NCBI GenBank assembly: GCA_019358935.1
Contig: JAHHIK010000012.1
Coordinates: 32,001-96,000 of the forward strand
DNA: 64,000 bases
Direction: 5' to 3'
Source of the DNA: Tolypothrix carrinoi HA7290-LM1
GTDB lineage: Bacteria; Cyanobacteriota; Cyanobacteriia; Cyanobacteriales; Nostocaceae
In this document: one piece after another, positions 9,364 through 19,495 of the stretch
How the letters are laid out: each line of letters opens with the position of its first letter
How positions within the stretch are numbered: the first letter of the stretch is position 1
Translations under genes and position numbers: made by a program
Notes under the pieces: model-generated
Databases searched by the model: none
Told to the model about the DNA's origin: nothing
Seen by the model: the letters and a program-made list of their open reading frames with translations, nothing else

Positions 9364-10839
9364 ATGACTTCATCTGCTCTTGTAAAAACTGAGTACGAAG
9401 CGATTATTGGTTTAGAAACCCATTGTCAGCTCAGTACTAACACCAAGATTTTCTCTAATAGTTCTACGGCTTTTGGTGCCGACCCCAATACTAACATTGA
9501 CCCGGTTTGTATGGGTCTACCTGGGGTATTACCCGTACTCAACGAAAAAGTATTAGAATACGCTGTGAAAGCGGGTTTAGCCCTAAATTGCCAAATCGCT
9601 AAATATAGCAAGTTTGACCGCAAACAGTATTTTTATCCGGATTTACCGAAAAATTACCAAATTTCTCAATACGACTTACCGATCGCTGAACATGGCTGGT
9701 TAGAAATTGAGTTAGTCGATGCTGATGGTAATCCGCTGCGGAAAAAAATCGGCATCACTCGTCTGCACATGGAAGAAGATGCGGGAAAATTAGTTCACGC
9801 GGGAAGCGATCGCCTTAGTGGTTCTACTTATTCTCTGGTAGACTACAATCGAGCAGGTGTGCCTTTGGTAGAAATTGTCTCCGAACCAGATTTGCGTTCC
9901 GGACAAGAAGCTGCTGAATATGCTCAAGAATTACGCCGCATTGTCCGCTATATCGGCGTGAGTGATGGTAACATGCAAGAAGGTTCTCTCCGCTGTGATG
10001 TCAACATCTCTGTGCGTCCGATTGGACAAAAAGAGTTTGGCACGAAGGTGGAAATTAAAAACATGAACTCTTTCAATGCGATCCAAAGAGCGATAGAATA
10101 CGAAATTGAACGCCAAATAGCCGCAGTAGAAGCTGGCGATCGCATTATCCAAGAAACTCGTCTTTGGGAAGAAACTTCTCAACGCACTATTAGTATGCGC
10201 GTTAAAGAAGGAAGCAGCGATTATCGCTATTTCCCAGAACCAGATTTAGCACCGATTGAGGTAACAAACGAACAATTAGCCAATTGGCGCAGTACACTAC
10301 CAGAATTACCAGCAGAAAAACGTCATCGTTATGAATCTGATTTGGGACTTTCACCTTACGATGCGCGGGTGTTAACTGAGGAAAGCAATGTAGCTGCGTA
10401 TTTTGAAGAAGCGATCGCACTTGGTGCAAATCCCAAACAAGCTGCTAACTGGATTATGGGCGATATCGCCGCATACCTCAACAAGCAAAAACTCAGCATC
10501 ACCGAAATTGCCCTTACTCCTACCAACTTAGCAAAAGTTATCACTCTCATTGAAAAGGGTACCATCGGCAGTAACAAAGCAAAAGAAAAATTACCAGAGT
10601 TGCTAGCTGGTAATTCTCCCGATGAAGTATTCAAAGGTGAAGAAAAAATCTCTGACGCTAGCGTACTCGAACCCATTATCGACCAAATCATCGCCGCCAA
10701 TCCCAAAGAACTAGAAAAATACAAAAGCGGTAAAACCAATCTCAAAGGCTTCTTTGTTGGACAAGTTCTCAAACAAACTGGTGGACGTGCCGATCCAAAA
10801 CTGACTAACGAATTAGTAGACCAAAAGTTGAACGCTTAG
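9364..10839 (+). CDS. gatB: Asp/Glu-tRNA amidotransferase subunit B
   Basis: IGLETHCQL, RKQYFYPDLPKNYQISQ, EGSLRCDVNIS and DYRYFPEPDL motifs. Confidence 0.98.
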   Translation: MTSSALVKTEYEAIIGLETHCQLSTNTKIFSNSSTAFGADPNTNIDPVCMGLPGVLPVLNEKVLEYAVKAGLALNCQIAKYSKFDRKQYFYPDLPKNYQISQYDLPIAEHGWLEIELVDADGNPLRKKIGITRLHMEEDAGKLVHAGSDRLSGSTYSLVDYNRAGVPLVEIVSEPDLRSGQEAAEYAQELRRIVRYIGVSDGNMQEGSLRCDVNISVRPIGQKEFGTKVEIKNMNSFNAIQRAIEYEIERQIAAVEAGDRIIQETRLWEETSQRTISMRVKEGSSDYRYFPEPDLAPIEVTNEQLANWRSTLPELPAEKRHRYESDLGLSPYDARVLTEESNVAAYFEEAIALGANPKQAANWIMGDIAAYLNKQKLSITEIALTPTNLAKVITLIEKGTIGSNKAKEKLPELLAGNSPDEVFKGEEKISDASVLEPIIDQIIAANPKELEKYKSGKTNLKGFFVGQVLKQTGGRADPKLTNELVDQKLNA

Positions 10840-10845
10840 AGAAGA

Positions 10846-11092
10846 AGACAGGGGGACAAGGAGACAGGGGGACAAGGGGGACAAGGGGGACAAGGAGGAC
10901 AAGGAGGACAAGGAGGACAAGGAGGACAAGGAGGACAAGGAGGACAAGGAGGACAAGGGGGACAAGGGGGACAGGGAGACAAGGAGGACAAGGAAGCATC
11001 TTTTCTCCCTTGTCTCCCTTGTCTCCCCCCTCCCCCCCTCTCCCTTGTCTCCCTTGTCTCCCCCCTCCCCCCCCTCTCCCCATCTCCCCCTC
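10846..11092. repeat. Purine-rich 9-mer tandem repeats (GGACAAGGA/GGACAAGGG) followed by the inverted pyrimidine-rich block
   Basis: Directly visible. The two halves are roughly reverse complements of each other. Confidence 0.9.
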
Positions 11093-11190
11093 TTGACTGT
11101 ATTTTCCCCGATACTTCTTCACAATAACTTGATAAAACATACATTAAAGATGGGTGCAACACCTCAGTCCAAAAATGCTATACTGTGATA

Positions 11191-11241
11191 ATTAGATGCA
11201 CCCTGATGATCTGGAGAGCTGCCCAAGTGGCTCTCCTTTTT
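11191..11241 (+). ncRNA. Candidate ~50-nt small RNA, copy 1
   Basis: Extended -10 TGcTATACT (11176-11184), then TAGATGCACCCTGATGATCT and terminator GGAGAGCTGC-CCAA-GTGGCTCTCC-TTTTT. Confidence 0.6.
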
Positions 11242-11339
11242 CGTTTTTAGAATTCTGGGAGAAATTGCGTCGAACTGATTTTCCGAAAAAACTTGTTAGG
11301 GGGTATTGCACCTCACCCCAGATGTGATAGTATATGTTA

Positions 11340-11390
11340 AGTAGATGCACCCTGATGATCTGGAGAGCCACCCAAGTAGCTCTCCTTTTT
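11340..11390 (+). ncRNA. Candidate ~50-nt small RNA, copy 2
   Basis: TTGCAC (11306-11311), 16 nt, TAGTAT (11328-11333, TG-extended); same core as copy 1; terminator GGAGAGCCAC-CCAA-GTAGCTCTCC-TTTTT. Confidence 0.65.
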
Positions 11391-11574
11391 CATTTTTATG
11401 GTTGCCAAAGAAATTGCTTACAGTCATATCTTGCACATACCACAGTCAACGCAGAAAATAGAAAGTGGTCTAATCGGTGTATGTGAAAACCACTGTAATC
11501 CAAAATCTCAAATCAAAAATAAAAAACTTGTTAGGGGGTATTGCACCTCACCCCAGATGTGATAGTATATGTTA

Positions 11575-11625
11575 AGTAGATGCACCCTGATGATCTGGAG
11601 AGCCACCCAAGTAGCTCTCCTTTTT
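11575..11625 (+). ncRNA. Candidate ~50-nt small RNA, copy 3
   Basis: 11521-11626 is identical to 11286-11391 (promoter, RNA and terminator). Confidence 0.65.
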
Positions 11626-11765
11626 CGTTTTTGTCCTAAATTTGCCTAGACAAGCGTTTCAAATAGGCAAGTTATTAATAACTAACAAATTATCACTCTT
11701 TGGGTAACGAAGACTTGATATAATCGCCCCTCAAGCAAAGAGTAATAGTTGAAGGGATACGAATA

Positions 11766-13079
11766 ATGAATGACTGGCAGGAAATTACTGGTGGTGTGAC
11801 AGCACCTAGAGGTTATCGGGCAGCAGGAATTACCGCAGGGTTAAAACCTTCGGGATTGCCGGATTTGGCTTTGATAGTATCAGATGTAGAGGCGATCGCA
11901 GCTGGTGTATTCACCACTTGCCAAGTAAAAGCCGCGTGTGTAGATTATTGTCGCCAACGTTTGCTCTCAAAGCATAGCGCTCGTGCTATTCTCTGCAACG
12001 CGGGACAAGCAAATGCAGCAACGGGTAACGAAGGCTGGTTAGATGCTTTAGAATGTGCGATGCTATTAGGGCAAGAGCTAAATATGCCTTCAGAATCGAT
12101 TCTGCTTGCTTCTACAGGTGTAATCGGTCAAAGAATTAAGATGGAACCTTTACGCAGTGGGATTCCCAAGCTGGTGGCAGCATTATCAGAAACAGGTTCA
12201 GATGCAGCAGCTGGGGCGATTATTACTACCGATTTAGTCACAAAATCCATTGCATTAGAAACAAGTATAGGCGATCGCCCGGTGCGAATTGGTGGCATTG
12301 CCAAAGGTTCGGGGATGATTCATCCGAATATGGCAACGATGTTAGCATTTGTTACTTGTGATGCCGCAGTTGCACCTACTCTGTGGCAACAAATGTTAAG
12401 TCGCGCAGCTGATAGAAGCTTTAATTCGATTACCGTGGATGGTGATACTAGTACCAATGATAGCTTGATAGCGCTTGCTAACGGTCAATCTCGCACCCCA
12501 GCAATTACAGAAATGGGTGCAGAAGCGGAAAAATTAGAAGCGATGTTAACAGCAGTATGCCAGCATTTAGCGAAAGCGATCGCTCGTGATGGTGAAGGTG
12601 CAACTTGTCTGATTGAAGTGCAAGTTAGTGGGGCAACCGATGAACAAGCAGCTAATCAAATCGCTAAAACCATCGCCGGCTCATCTTTAGTTAAGTCTGC
12701 CATATTTGGACGCGATCCAAACTGGGGACGCATCGCTGCTGCTGCTGGACGTGCAGGTATTCCTTTTGAGCAAGAAAACCTGCAAATTAAATTAGGGGAT
12801 TTCTTGATGATGGAGAATGGTCAACCAATACCATTTGATCGCAAAGCAGCGAGTGCTTATTTAAAACAAGCAGCAGCGAATGCTTCTAAACCACAAGATA
12901 TGATGGCTACGGATATGAGCAATGATTTGTCGGGGGATAGAAGTACAATCAAGGCTCAAAGTTTAGATAATCCGGTGATAATTGCAGTCAGCGTTGGTAA
13001 TGGACACGGTTCGGGTAAAGCTTGGGGTTGTGATTTGAGTTACGACTATGTGAAAATTAACGCCGAGTATACAACTTAA
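11766..13079 (+). CDS. argJ: Bifunctional ornithine acetyltransferase / N-acetylglutamate synthase
   Basis: AKGSGMIHPNMATML, VDGDTSTNDS, ARDGEGAT and GCDLSYDYVKINAEYTT motifs. Confidence 0.98.
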   Translation: MNDWQEITGGVTAPRGYRAAGITAGLKPSGLPDLALIVSDVEAIAAGVFTTCQVKAACVDYCRQRLLSKHSARAILCNAGQANAATGNEGWLDALECAMLLGQELNMPSESILLASTGVIGQRIKMEPLRSGIPKLVAALSETGSDAAAGAIITTDLVTKSIALETSIGDRPVRIGGIAKGSGMIHPNMATMLAFVTCDAAVAPTLWQQMLSRAADRSFNSITVDGDTSTNDSLIALANGQSRTPAITEMGAEAEKLEAMLTAVCQHLAKAIARDGEGATCLIEVQVSGATDEQAANQIAKTIAGSSLVKSAIFGRDPNWGRIAAAAGRAGIPFEQENLQIKLGDFLMMENGQPIPFDRKAASAYLKQAAANASKPQDMMATDMSNDLSGDRSTIKAQSLDNPVIIAVSVGNGHGSGKAWGCDLSYDYVKINAEYTT

Positions 13080-13091
13080 GAATAACGAACC

Positions 13092-13121
13092 GCGTTCGCC
13101 CTTGGCGTCTCCGAAGGAGAA
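13092..13121 (-). repeat. Small dispersed repeat (double mini-hairpin type)
   Basis: Reverse complement TTCTCCTTCGGAGACGCCAAGGGCGAACGC resembles TTCTCCTTCAAAGACGCTCCGCGAACG at 14013-14039. Confidence 0.6.
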
Positions 13122-13144
13122 GACGCGAAGAGCGCTAAGAAAAG

Positions 13145-13996
13145 ATGGCTAAAGTAGCAGATATCGGTGGGAAGCGTTTAATTAGTTTAGCTCCAGATGC
13201 TTGGGTAAAATGGGTAACGCAGTCCCCCGATGTCTTGGCTAGAGAAATTCTGGCTTCGGAATTTCAGTGGATTAGCCGAGAAAGCGATGTTGTAGTTAAA
13301 GCTTACCATCCGCAAATCGGGGATTTTTTGGTGTTGAACGAGTTGCAATTGCGTTACAACACCCGCTTACCTCGACGAATGCGTGCTTATGCGGCACTGG
13401 CAGAGGAACGCTACAATTTACCAGTTTACCCGGTACTGATTAATATTTTGCCTCCACCGGAGACAATGGAAATAGTCAGCAATTATGAATCCCAGGTTTT
13501 AGGGTTACAAGCGCGTCAAGATTATCGGGTGATTAATTTGTGGGAAGTTGACGCACAGATTGTTTTTCAACAACCTCTACCATCCTTACTTCCTTTTGTA
13601 CCTGTGTTGAAAGGTGGGGATGAAATCGCGGTGGTACAGCTTGCTGTACAAGCTTTACGTGCTGATGAACAGTTAAATGAATTAGAACCGCTATTAGCCT
13701 TTTTTGCTAGCTTTGTATTGTCTAGTCGTTTAGTGCAGCAAATTATGAGGTGGGATATGGCTGTGTTACAAGAATCTCCCTGGTATCAAGAAATTTTGCA
13801 GCAAGGAGAAACACGAGGTTTACTTTCTGGTATTGAATTGGGTTTGGAACTAAAATTTGGTGCTGAAGGGTTACAGTTAATGCCAGAAATCTCGCAAATT
13901 ACCGATTTAGATGTGTTAAAGACGATTCGCGAAGGATTGCGGACAATGAATTCTCTAGAGGAAATTAGGCAAATTTATACAATAAATGAAACATGA
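13145..13996 (+). CDS. Rpn-like (recombination-promoting nuclease / putative transposase) family protein
   Basis: RESDVVVK, LNELQLRY, RMRAYAAL, LLPFVPVL, LQESPWYQEI and LELKFG motifs typical of this cyanobacterial paralog family. Confidence 0.75.
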   Translation: MAKVADIGGKRLISLAPDAWVKWVTQSPDVLAREILASEFQWISRESDVVVKAYHPQIGDFLVLNELQLRYNTRLPRRMRAYAALAEERYNLPVYPVLINILPPPETMEIVSNYESQVLGLQARQDYRVINLWEVDAQIVFQQPLPSLLPFVPVLKGGDEIAVVQLAVQALRADEQLNELEPLLAFFASFVLSSRLVQQIMRWDMAVLQESPWYQEILQQGETRGLLSGIELGLELKFGAEGLQLMPEISQITDLDVLKTIREGLRTMNSLEEIRQIYTINET

Positions 13997-14609
13997 ATTT
14001 TCTCGAAATCCCTTCTCCTTCAAAGACGCTCCGCGAACGGGTTCGCCACTTCGACGGGACGGTACAGGCAACCGCCGAGTGGACTCACCGCAACGCATTT
14101 CTGTAGTTGGGACTAGTGGTTGTGGTAAGACGACTTTGGCGAAGCAAATTTCGCAGCGTCTTACCATTCCTCATGTAGAACTAGATTATCTGCACTGGCA
14201 ACCGAATTGGGTGGAAGTGCCGAATGATGTGATGAGAGAAAAAGTTTCTCAAGCGCTGTCGGGCAATGCTTGGGTAGTAGATGGAAATTATAGCATGGTG
14301 CGCGATATTGTTTGGGGAAAAGCTGATACAATTGTCTGGTTAGATTATTCTTTGTCGGTGGTGATGAGTCGTATAGTTTGGCGGACATTTCAACGGGTGG
14401 TGAAGCAACAAGAAGTCTGCAATGGCAACCGTGAAACTTGGAAAACTACTTTCAGCCGTGATTCAATAATTTTATGGGCGCTTCAAACTTATCATAAAAA
14501 TCGCAGGCAATATGCGCTGCTATTGCAAAAACCTGAGTATGCACATCTTAATATAGTGCATTTGCGATCGCCTGCATCTGCACAAAGTTGGTTGTCACTA
14601 ATTCATTAG
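13986..14609 (+). CDS. Adenylate-kinase-like / topology-modulation P-loop protein with a 26-aa repeat-derived insertion
   Basis: RISVVGTSGCGKTT, ELDYLHWQPNW, WVVDGNY and ADTIVWLD motifs. Confidence 0.82.
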   Translation: MKHEFSRNPFSFKDAPRTGSPLRRDGTGNRRVDSPQRISVVGTSGCGKTTLAKQISQRLTIPHVELDYLHWQPNWVEVPNDVMREKVSQALSGNAWVVDGNYSMVRDIVWGKADTIVWLDYSLSVVMSRIVWRTFQRVVKQQEVCNGNRETWKTTFSRDSIILWALQTYHKNRRQYALLLQKPEYAHLNIVHLRSPASAQSWLSLIH

Positions 14610-14613
14610 TATT

Positions 14614-15255
14614 ATGAGTAACTTACAAACCAAAATACCGACTGATACATGGATACCCGCAACGTGGGATGAATACATCCAAGAAATTGAAAATCCGGCA
14701 CGCGAAAAAGCCAAGGGTTACTACTACAACGGCAAAATGAGGATTGAAATCTACGCAATAGGTAATGACCACGCTAGCGACCATACAATAGTTATCCTTG
14801 CTGCTAGCAGCTACGCAGCTATCAAAAACATTCCCATGAATGGCAATGATAACTGCACTTACCGAAAAATAGGCTTTAATGAGGCGCAACCTGATGTATC
14901 TTACTACATTGGTGAAAATGCTGATGTAATTCCTTGGGGAACTTCCATTATCAACCTCGATAACTATCCACCGCCAAATTTAGTGATTGAAGTTGCAAAT
15001 ACTTCTTTAGCAGATGATAAAGGTGAAAAACGTCTGCTGTATGAAGAATTAGGAGTAGATGAATACTGGATTATAGATGTGCGGAATGTCCAAGTTATTG
15101 CTTTTGCCGTAGAAAATAACGGTAGTCGCAAAATTACTCAATCTCTGGTTTTACCTGGTTTAGCAATTTCTGTTTTAGAAGAAGCTTTCCGACGTACTCG
15201 ACAAATGAATCAAAGCCAAGTTGTAGCTTGGTTATTATCGCAATTTCAGCAATAA
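14614..15255 (+). CDS. Uma2 (DUF820) family endonuclease
   Basis: AQPDVSYY, PPNLVIEVANTSLADD and YEELGVDEYWIID motifs. Confidence 0.9.
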   Translation: MSNLQTKIPTDTWIPATWDEYIQEIENPAREKAKGYYYNGKMRIEIYAIGNDHASDHTIVILAASSYAAIKNIPMNGNDNCTYRKIGFNEAQPDVSYYIGENADVIPWGTSIINLDNYPPPNLVIEVANTSLADDKGEKRLLYEELGVDEYWIIDVRNVQVIAFAVENNGSRKITQSLVLPGLAISVLEEAFRRTRQMNQSQVVAWLLSQFQQ

Positions 15256-15302
15256 TATCATTAAAACAGAAAAAGAGGCAATAAACCCCTTTTTCATCAT
15301 CT

Positions 15303-15989
15303 TTACAATCGTTGCAGCAGACTTAAACCGTGGGTATCAGTACCACAAGTGTTGTAAAGATTAAATTCATTAGCTAGCTGTTTTACCTGTTCTGATTCTA
15401 AGACACTTGCTCGCCAAGGATTAGGATTATTGTAGGCGTAATACGTTTCCACACCATCAATACCAGCCTCAGCAGCAGCGGGAATCAAGTCGAAATGCGA
15501 TCGCCTATAACGAGCTGGATGAGCGAGTACCGCTAATCCCCCAGCATTGTGAATCGCTGCAATCACATTAGCTATCTGATAATCTTCGCCAGTAGCAATC
15601 TTTCTTTGCAGATAGCGTTTTATACTGGGATGTTCTGGTTCAAAAGCATAACCCAAAATGTGGACTTCCACATTTAAAAGGTTGGCATGAATTTCTACAC
15701 CACTCCACAGGTGAGGAGAATTTGCACCTGGGTTGTTCCACTTCCAGTCTTCTAACCAAGTTTGTGCTGCTTGGTAGCCGTTAATACTATGATGGTCTGT
15801 GATGGCAAATCCTTTTAAACCAATAGCGATCGCCTGTTCCATCAATGCAGCCGGCTGCAACCTGCCATCAGAATGGACAGTATGCATGTGAAAGTTAAAA
15901 CACCTCGGACAGCTTTGTGCGTCGATGTTCTGGAATACTTCTTTTAAAAGTTCCTTGGAAGTAGAAGTCCGGGCAAAATTTACAGCCAT
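15303..15989 (-). CDS. PHP-domain metal-dependent phosphoesterase
   Basis: FHMHTVHSDG, AITDHH, VHILGY, LAHPARY and GTDTHG motifs. Confidence 0.9.
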   Translation of the reverse strand: MAVNFARTSTSKELLKEVFQNIDAQSCPRCFNFHMHTVHSDGRLQPAALMEQAIAIGLKGFAITDHHSINGYQAAQTWLEDWKWNNPGANSPHLWSGVEIHANLLNVEVHILGYAFEPEHPSIKRYLQRKIATGEDYQIANVIAAIHNAGGLAVLAHPARYRRSHFDLIPAAAEAGIDGVETYYAYNNPNPWRASVLESEQVKQLANEFNLYNTCGTDTHGLSLLQRL

Positions 15990-16314
15990 AACCCCCTCTG
16001 AAAAGTATGCAATCTAACACTCCAACAAGATAGATTTACAGATGACAAATACCAGCACTGTAAATCAGTGTTGGAGCCGCTATTTTTTCAGCTTCATCAG
16101 CAAATTTTTTCAATATGTTAAGACTACGTTAGCAAATTCAAAGGCTGACGGTCATGAGTATTTTCGATGGTAGTTAGGAATATAAGTAACAAATAGAGCA
16201 AGTAATAACCGTAAAAACCGCAGGTAATATCGAGCGGGAATTGTACTTTTGTATAGAGAGAAGCTCTACAACTAAGAAAAAAGTAATCAGTATATAGACA
16301 GAAAATCCTATATT

Positions 16315-17343
16315 TTAGTATGGTAATTCTAATAATTCGCCATTACCAGCAATTACTTGTGCGATCGCATGAGCCGAAATATCCTGTGATTTCAAGTAAT
16401 TAATCGTCACATCTACTTGATTTGGTGGAACTAGCAACACAAATCCAATCCCCATATTGAAAGTGTTATACATCGCTTCGGAACTAACTGAACCAGTTTC
16501 AGCTAGCCACTGAAATACAGGAGGAATAGTCCAACTATCAGGGTTAATTTTAATCGCTTGATTTTTCCCCAAGCATCGCGGTAGATTTTCTGGTAATCCA
16601 CCACCAGTAATATGTGCCATACCGTGAATTTCTAAGCCTGCTTGACGCGCAGCAAGAACCGGTTTGACGTAAATGCGGGTAGGTGTGAGAAAAGTTTCGC
16701 CTAAAGATTGACCGTTGAGTAATTCGGGGCGATCGCTCCAAGATAAATTGCGTTCATTGATAATCTTTCTCACCAAACTAAAGCCATTGCTGTGAACACC
16801 ACTGCTAGGGAGTGCGATCGCTACATCTCCTATTTGCACCTGAGAACCATCTAGCATCTGGCTTTTTTCGACAATTCCCACACAAAAGCCAGCCAAGTCA
16901 TACTCACCCAAAGAGTAAAAACCTGGCATTTCTGCGGTTTCTCCTCCCAGCAAAGCACAACCAGCCAGCTTACACCCAGAAGCTATACCCGCAACCACCT
17001 GAGTTAATTGCTCTTTTTCTAACTTACCTGTAGCGACATAATCTAAAAAAAACAGCGGTTCGGCGCCAGATGTCAGCACATCATTAACGCACATCGCCAC
17101 CAAATCAATACCAACAGTATCATGGCGATTAACAGCAGAAGCGATTTTCAGCTTTGTACCCACACCATCCGTCCCAGAAACCAATACCGGTTCCTTGAAA
17201 CCCCCCGGTAGTTGAAAGCAGCCACCAAAGCCACCCAATCCGCCAATTACTTCCGGTCGAAAGGTGCTGTGAACCAAATTGCGAATTTGATCTACAAAAG
17301 CTCGACCAGCCTCTACATCAACTCCTGCATCCCGATAATCCAT
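16315..17343 (-). CDS. purM: Phosphoribosylformylglycinamidine cyclo-ligase (AIR synthetase)
   Basis: [33 protein letters not shown] and TFNMGIG motifs. Confidence 0.98.
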   Translation of the reverse strand: MDYRDAGVDVEAGRAFVDQIRNLVHSTFRPEVIGGLGGFGGCFQLPGGFKEPVLVSGTDGVGTKLKIASAVNRHDTVGIDLVAMCVNDVLTSGAEPLFFLDYVATGKLEKEQLTQVVAGIASGCKLAGCALLGGETAEMPGFYSLGEYDLAGFCVGIVEKSQMLDGSQVQIGDVAIALPSSGVHSNGFSLVRKIINERNLSWSDRPELLNGQSLGETFLTPTRIYVKPVLAARQAGLEIHGMAHITGGGLPENLPRCLGKNQAIKINPDSWTIPPVFQWLAETGSVSSEAMYNTFNMGIGFVLLVPPNQVDVTINYLKSQDISAHAIAQVIAGNGELLELPY

Positions 17344-17555
17344 AACACTTAGTCAATAGTCACTGTTTCCACAGTAGATGAGTATAGAGTCAAAAGTACA
17401 TAGTTGGTGAGTTTTTGACTAAGTAGATGGGCATAAATAAACGCTTCGTCAGGTAGTATGGAAAAAGTCCAATGATTCAATAGTTAGGCTGCTTCAGGTT
17501 ACTGCTGAGACATTACTTGGAGGCTCCGCCGGTGAGGTGATTGATCCCTAACTGC

Positions 17556-18461
17556 TCACGTATCATCACGATTTAACTCGCATTGTGTCGTCTTCCGCGC
17601 CAAGTTGAGAAATGCGCTGATGACTGGTGAGGAATCATGCTGCCGCCAAGCCAGATAAAGTCCGGTTTTAGGTATCTGCTCTTGTAAGGGTCTGTAAATG
17701 ACTCCGCTTCTGTGGAAGTTTTGCAAGGAGGCGGGAACGATCGCAATGCCCAGTCCTGCCGCAACTAAGCCGATGATCGTCTGCATCTGAACTGCCTCTT
17801 GAGCCACTTTCGGACGAAATCCAGCTTGTTGACAAATGGTAATAATCTGCTCGTAAAAGACGGGTCCCATTTTGGCAGGAAATAGGATAAATAATTCCGA
17901 AGCCAATGTGGAGAGCGACACTTGAGTCTGGGCAGACAACGGATGGGTTTCTGGCAACGCCAAGACCAATGATTCTGGCAAAAGGCACTCCACACTCAAA
18001 CCTGGTTCGCTGATAGCAGAACGAACAATGCCGATATCAACCTGTTTGTGATGCAGCGCTTGAATCTGTTGAGCAGTCGTCAGTTCATGCAATCGCAGTT
18101 CTACCGCCGGAAACTGTTCTCGAAAGACCCTTACAATCTCTGGTAGTAACGTATACATTGCAGAGTCAACAAAGCCGATCGCCAACCGTCCAACCTCACC
18201 CCGTCCTATCCGTTGTGTCACTGCGATCGCCTGTTCAAGTTGCGCTAACACCAGGTAGGAGCGCTCTAAAAACACTTTGCCTGCTTCGGTAAGCTGCACG
18301 TGTCGCTTCGTTCGTTCAAACAGCTTGACTCCTAGTTCATCTTCCAAACTGCGAATCTGCTGGCTAAGTGGGGGCTGGGAAATGCACAACCGCTCTGCTG
18401 CTCGACTAAAGTGTAGTTCCTCAGCCACCGCGATGAAATAGTGCAGGTGCCGTAGTTCCAT
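17556..18461 (-). CDS. LysR-family transcriptional regulator
   Basis: MELRHLHYFIAVAEELHFSRAAERLCISQPPLSQQI helix-turn-helix; divergent from an SDR gene. Confidence 0.95.
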   Translation of the reverse strand: MELRHLHYFIAVAEELHFSRAAERLCISQPPLSQQIRSLEDELGVKLFERTKRHVQLTEAGKVFLERSYLVLAQLEQAIAVTQRIGRGEVGRLAIGFVDSAMYTLLPEIVRVFREQFPAVELRLHELTTAQQIQALHHKQVDIGIVRSAISEPGLSVECLLPESLVLALPETHPLSAQTQVSLSTLASELFILFPAKMGPVFYEQIITICQQAGFRPKVAQEAVQMQTIIGLVAAGLGIAIVPASLQNFHRSGVIYRPLQEQIPKTGLYLAWRQHDSSPVISAFLNLARKTTQCELNRDDT

Positions 18462-18579
18462 CACACTTATATGTCTAACCTATTAATCTTAGTCAAATAT
18501 ATATTGGACAGTCGCATGGCTGTCTTCTACCGTAAGAAATATGAAGCGTGTCTCACCGTATTTGTATTGGAGAAAACAA

Positions 18580-19461
18580 ATGAACTCAGACAAAAATTGT
18601 GTCGCTCCTAAAGTTTGGTTAATTACAGGATGCTCAACAGGATTCGGACGTGCCCTAGCAGAAGCTGTGTTGAAGAAGGGCGACGAAGTGCTTGCTACTG
18701 CTCGCAAACCAGAGCAACTTCGCGCTTTGATTGAGCACTATCCAGAGACCGCAAAGGCTGTACGTCTAGATGTAACGTTATCCCAAGACACACAAGCAGC
18801 CGTTGATACAGCAATCGCCACATTTGGTCGAATTGATGTGCTGGTCAATAATGCTGGCTATGGACTGATTGGTGCACTCGAAGAAGTCAGTGATGCTGAT
18901 ATTCGCCAACAGTTTGAAACCAACTTCTTTGGGGCACTCCGTCTGATCCGAACTGTCTTGCCTGTGATGCGTCAGCAAGGCAGCGGTCACATTGTGAATA
19001 TGTCATCCACAGCAGGATTAGTGGGATTTGGTGGAAGCAGTATCTACTGTGGCACTAAATTTGCCCTGGAAGGCACATCTGAAGCCCTGGCTAAGGAGGT
19101 TGAATCTCTTGGAATTAAAGTCACTTTAATTGAACCTGGGGCATTTCGCACAGACTTCAACGGACGCTCTCTGGCAGCAGCCGAACAATCCATTGATGCC
19201 TATGTTCCGGTGAGCGGGGCTTCATTGCAGTGGTTCAAAGATATGGATGGTCAGCAACCTGGCAATCCACGATCAGCGGCGCAAGCCATCGTTCAAGCTG
19301 TGGAAAGTCCTCATCCACCGATGCGACTGGTATTAGGCACGGATGCTATGAGCCTGATTCATGAAAAACTGGAATGGATCAAAACGGATTTGGATGTTTG
19401 GCAGCAGGTGACTGTAAGTACGGATTATACAGATAGTAACAGTGAGGTAATAGTTGGGTAG
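18580..19461 (+). CDS. Short-chain dehydrogenase/reductase
   Basis: TGCSTGFG, NNAG and YCGTK motifs. Start placed at ATG 18580 after GGAG. Confidence 0.92.
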   Translation: MNSDKNCVAPKVWLITGCSTGFGRALAEAVLKKGDEVLATARKPEQLRALIEHYPETAKAVRLDVTLSQDTQAAVDTAIATFGRIDVLVNNAGYGLIGALEEVSDADIRQQFETNFFGALRLIRTVLPVMRQQGSGHIVNMSSTAGLVGFGGSSIYCGTKFALEGTSEALAKEVESLGIKVTLIEPGAFRTDFNGRSLAAAEQSIDAYVPVSGASLQWFKDMDGQQPGNPRSAAQAIVQAVESPHPPMRLVLGTDAMSLIHEKLEWIKTDLDVWQQVTVSTDYTDSNSEVIVG

Positions 19462-19495
19462 CTAATACCAGTTCTCTTTGAAGGCGCACAGAATC

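Noticed and set aside
10805..11162. ORFs with PPC/LLV/ETR repeats (also 1924-2136, 26927-27445, 37431-37698, 41522-41710, 42250-42582, 43274-43743)
   Set aside because: These are translations of STRR tandem repeats or shadows of real genes, with no independent coding evidence.
11190..11630. CRISPR array or hammerhead ribozyme (CTGATGA) interpretation of the triple repeat
   Set aside because: Units carry their own promoter and U-tailed terminator, spacing is irregular (149 and 235 bp) and no cas genes are present. CTGATGA is not followed by a stem and GAAA as a hammerhead core requires.
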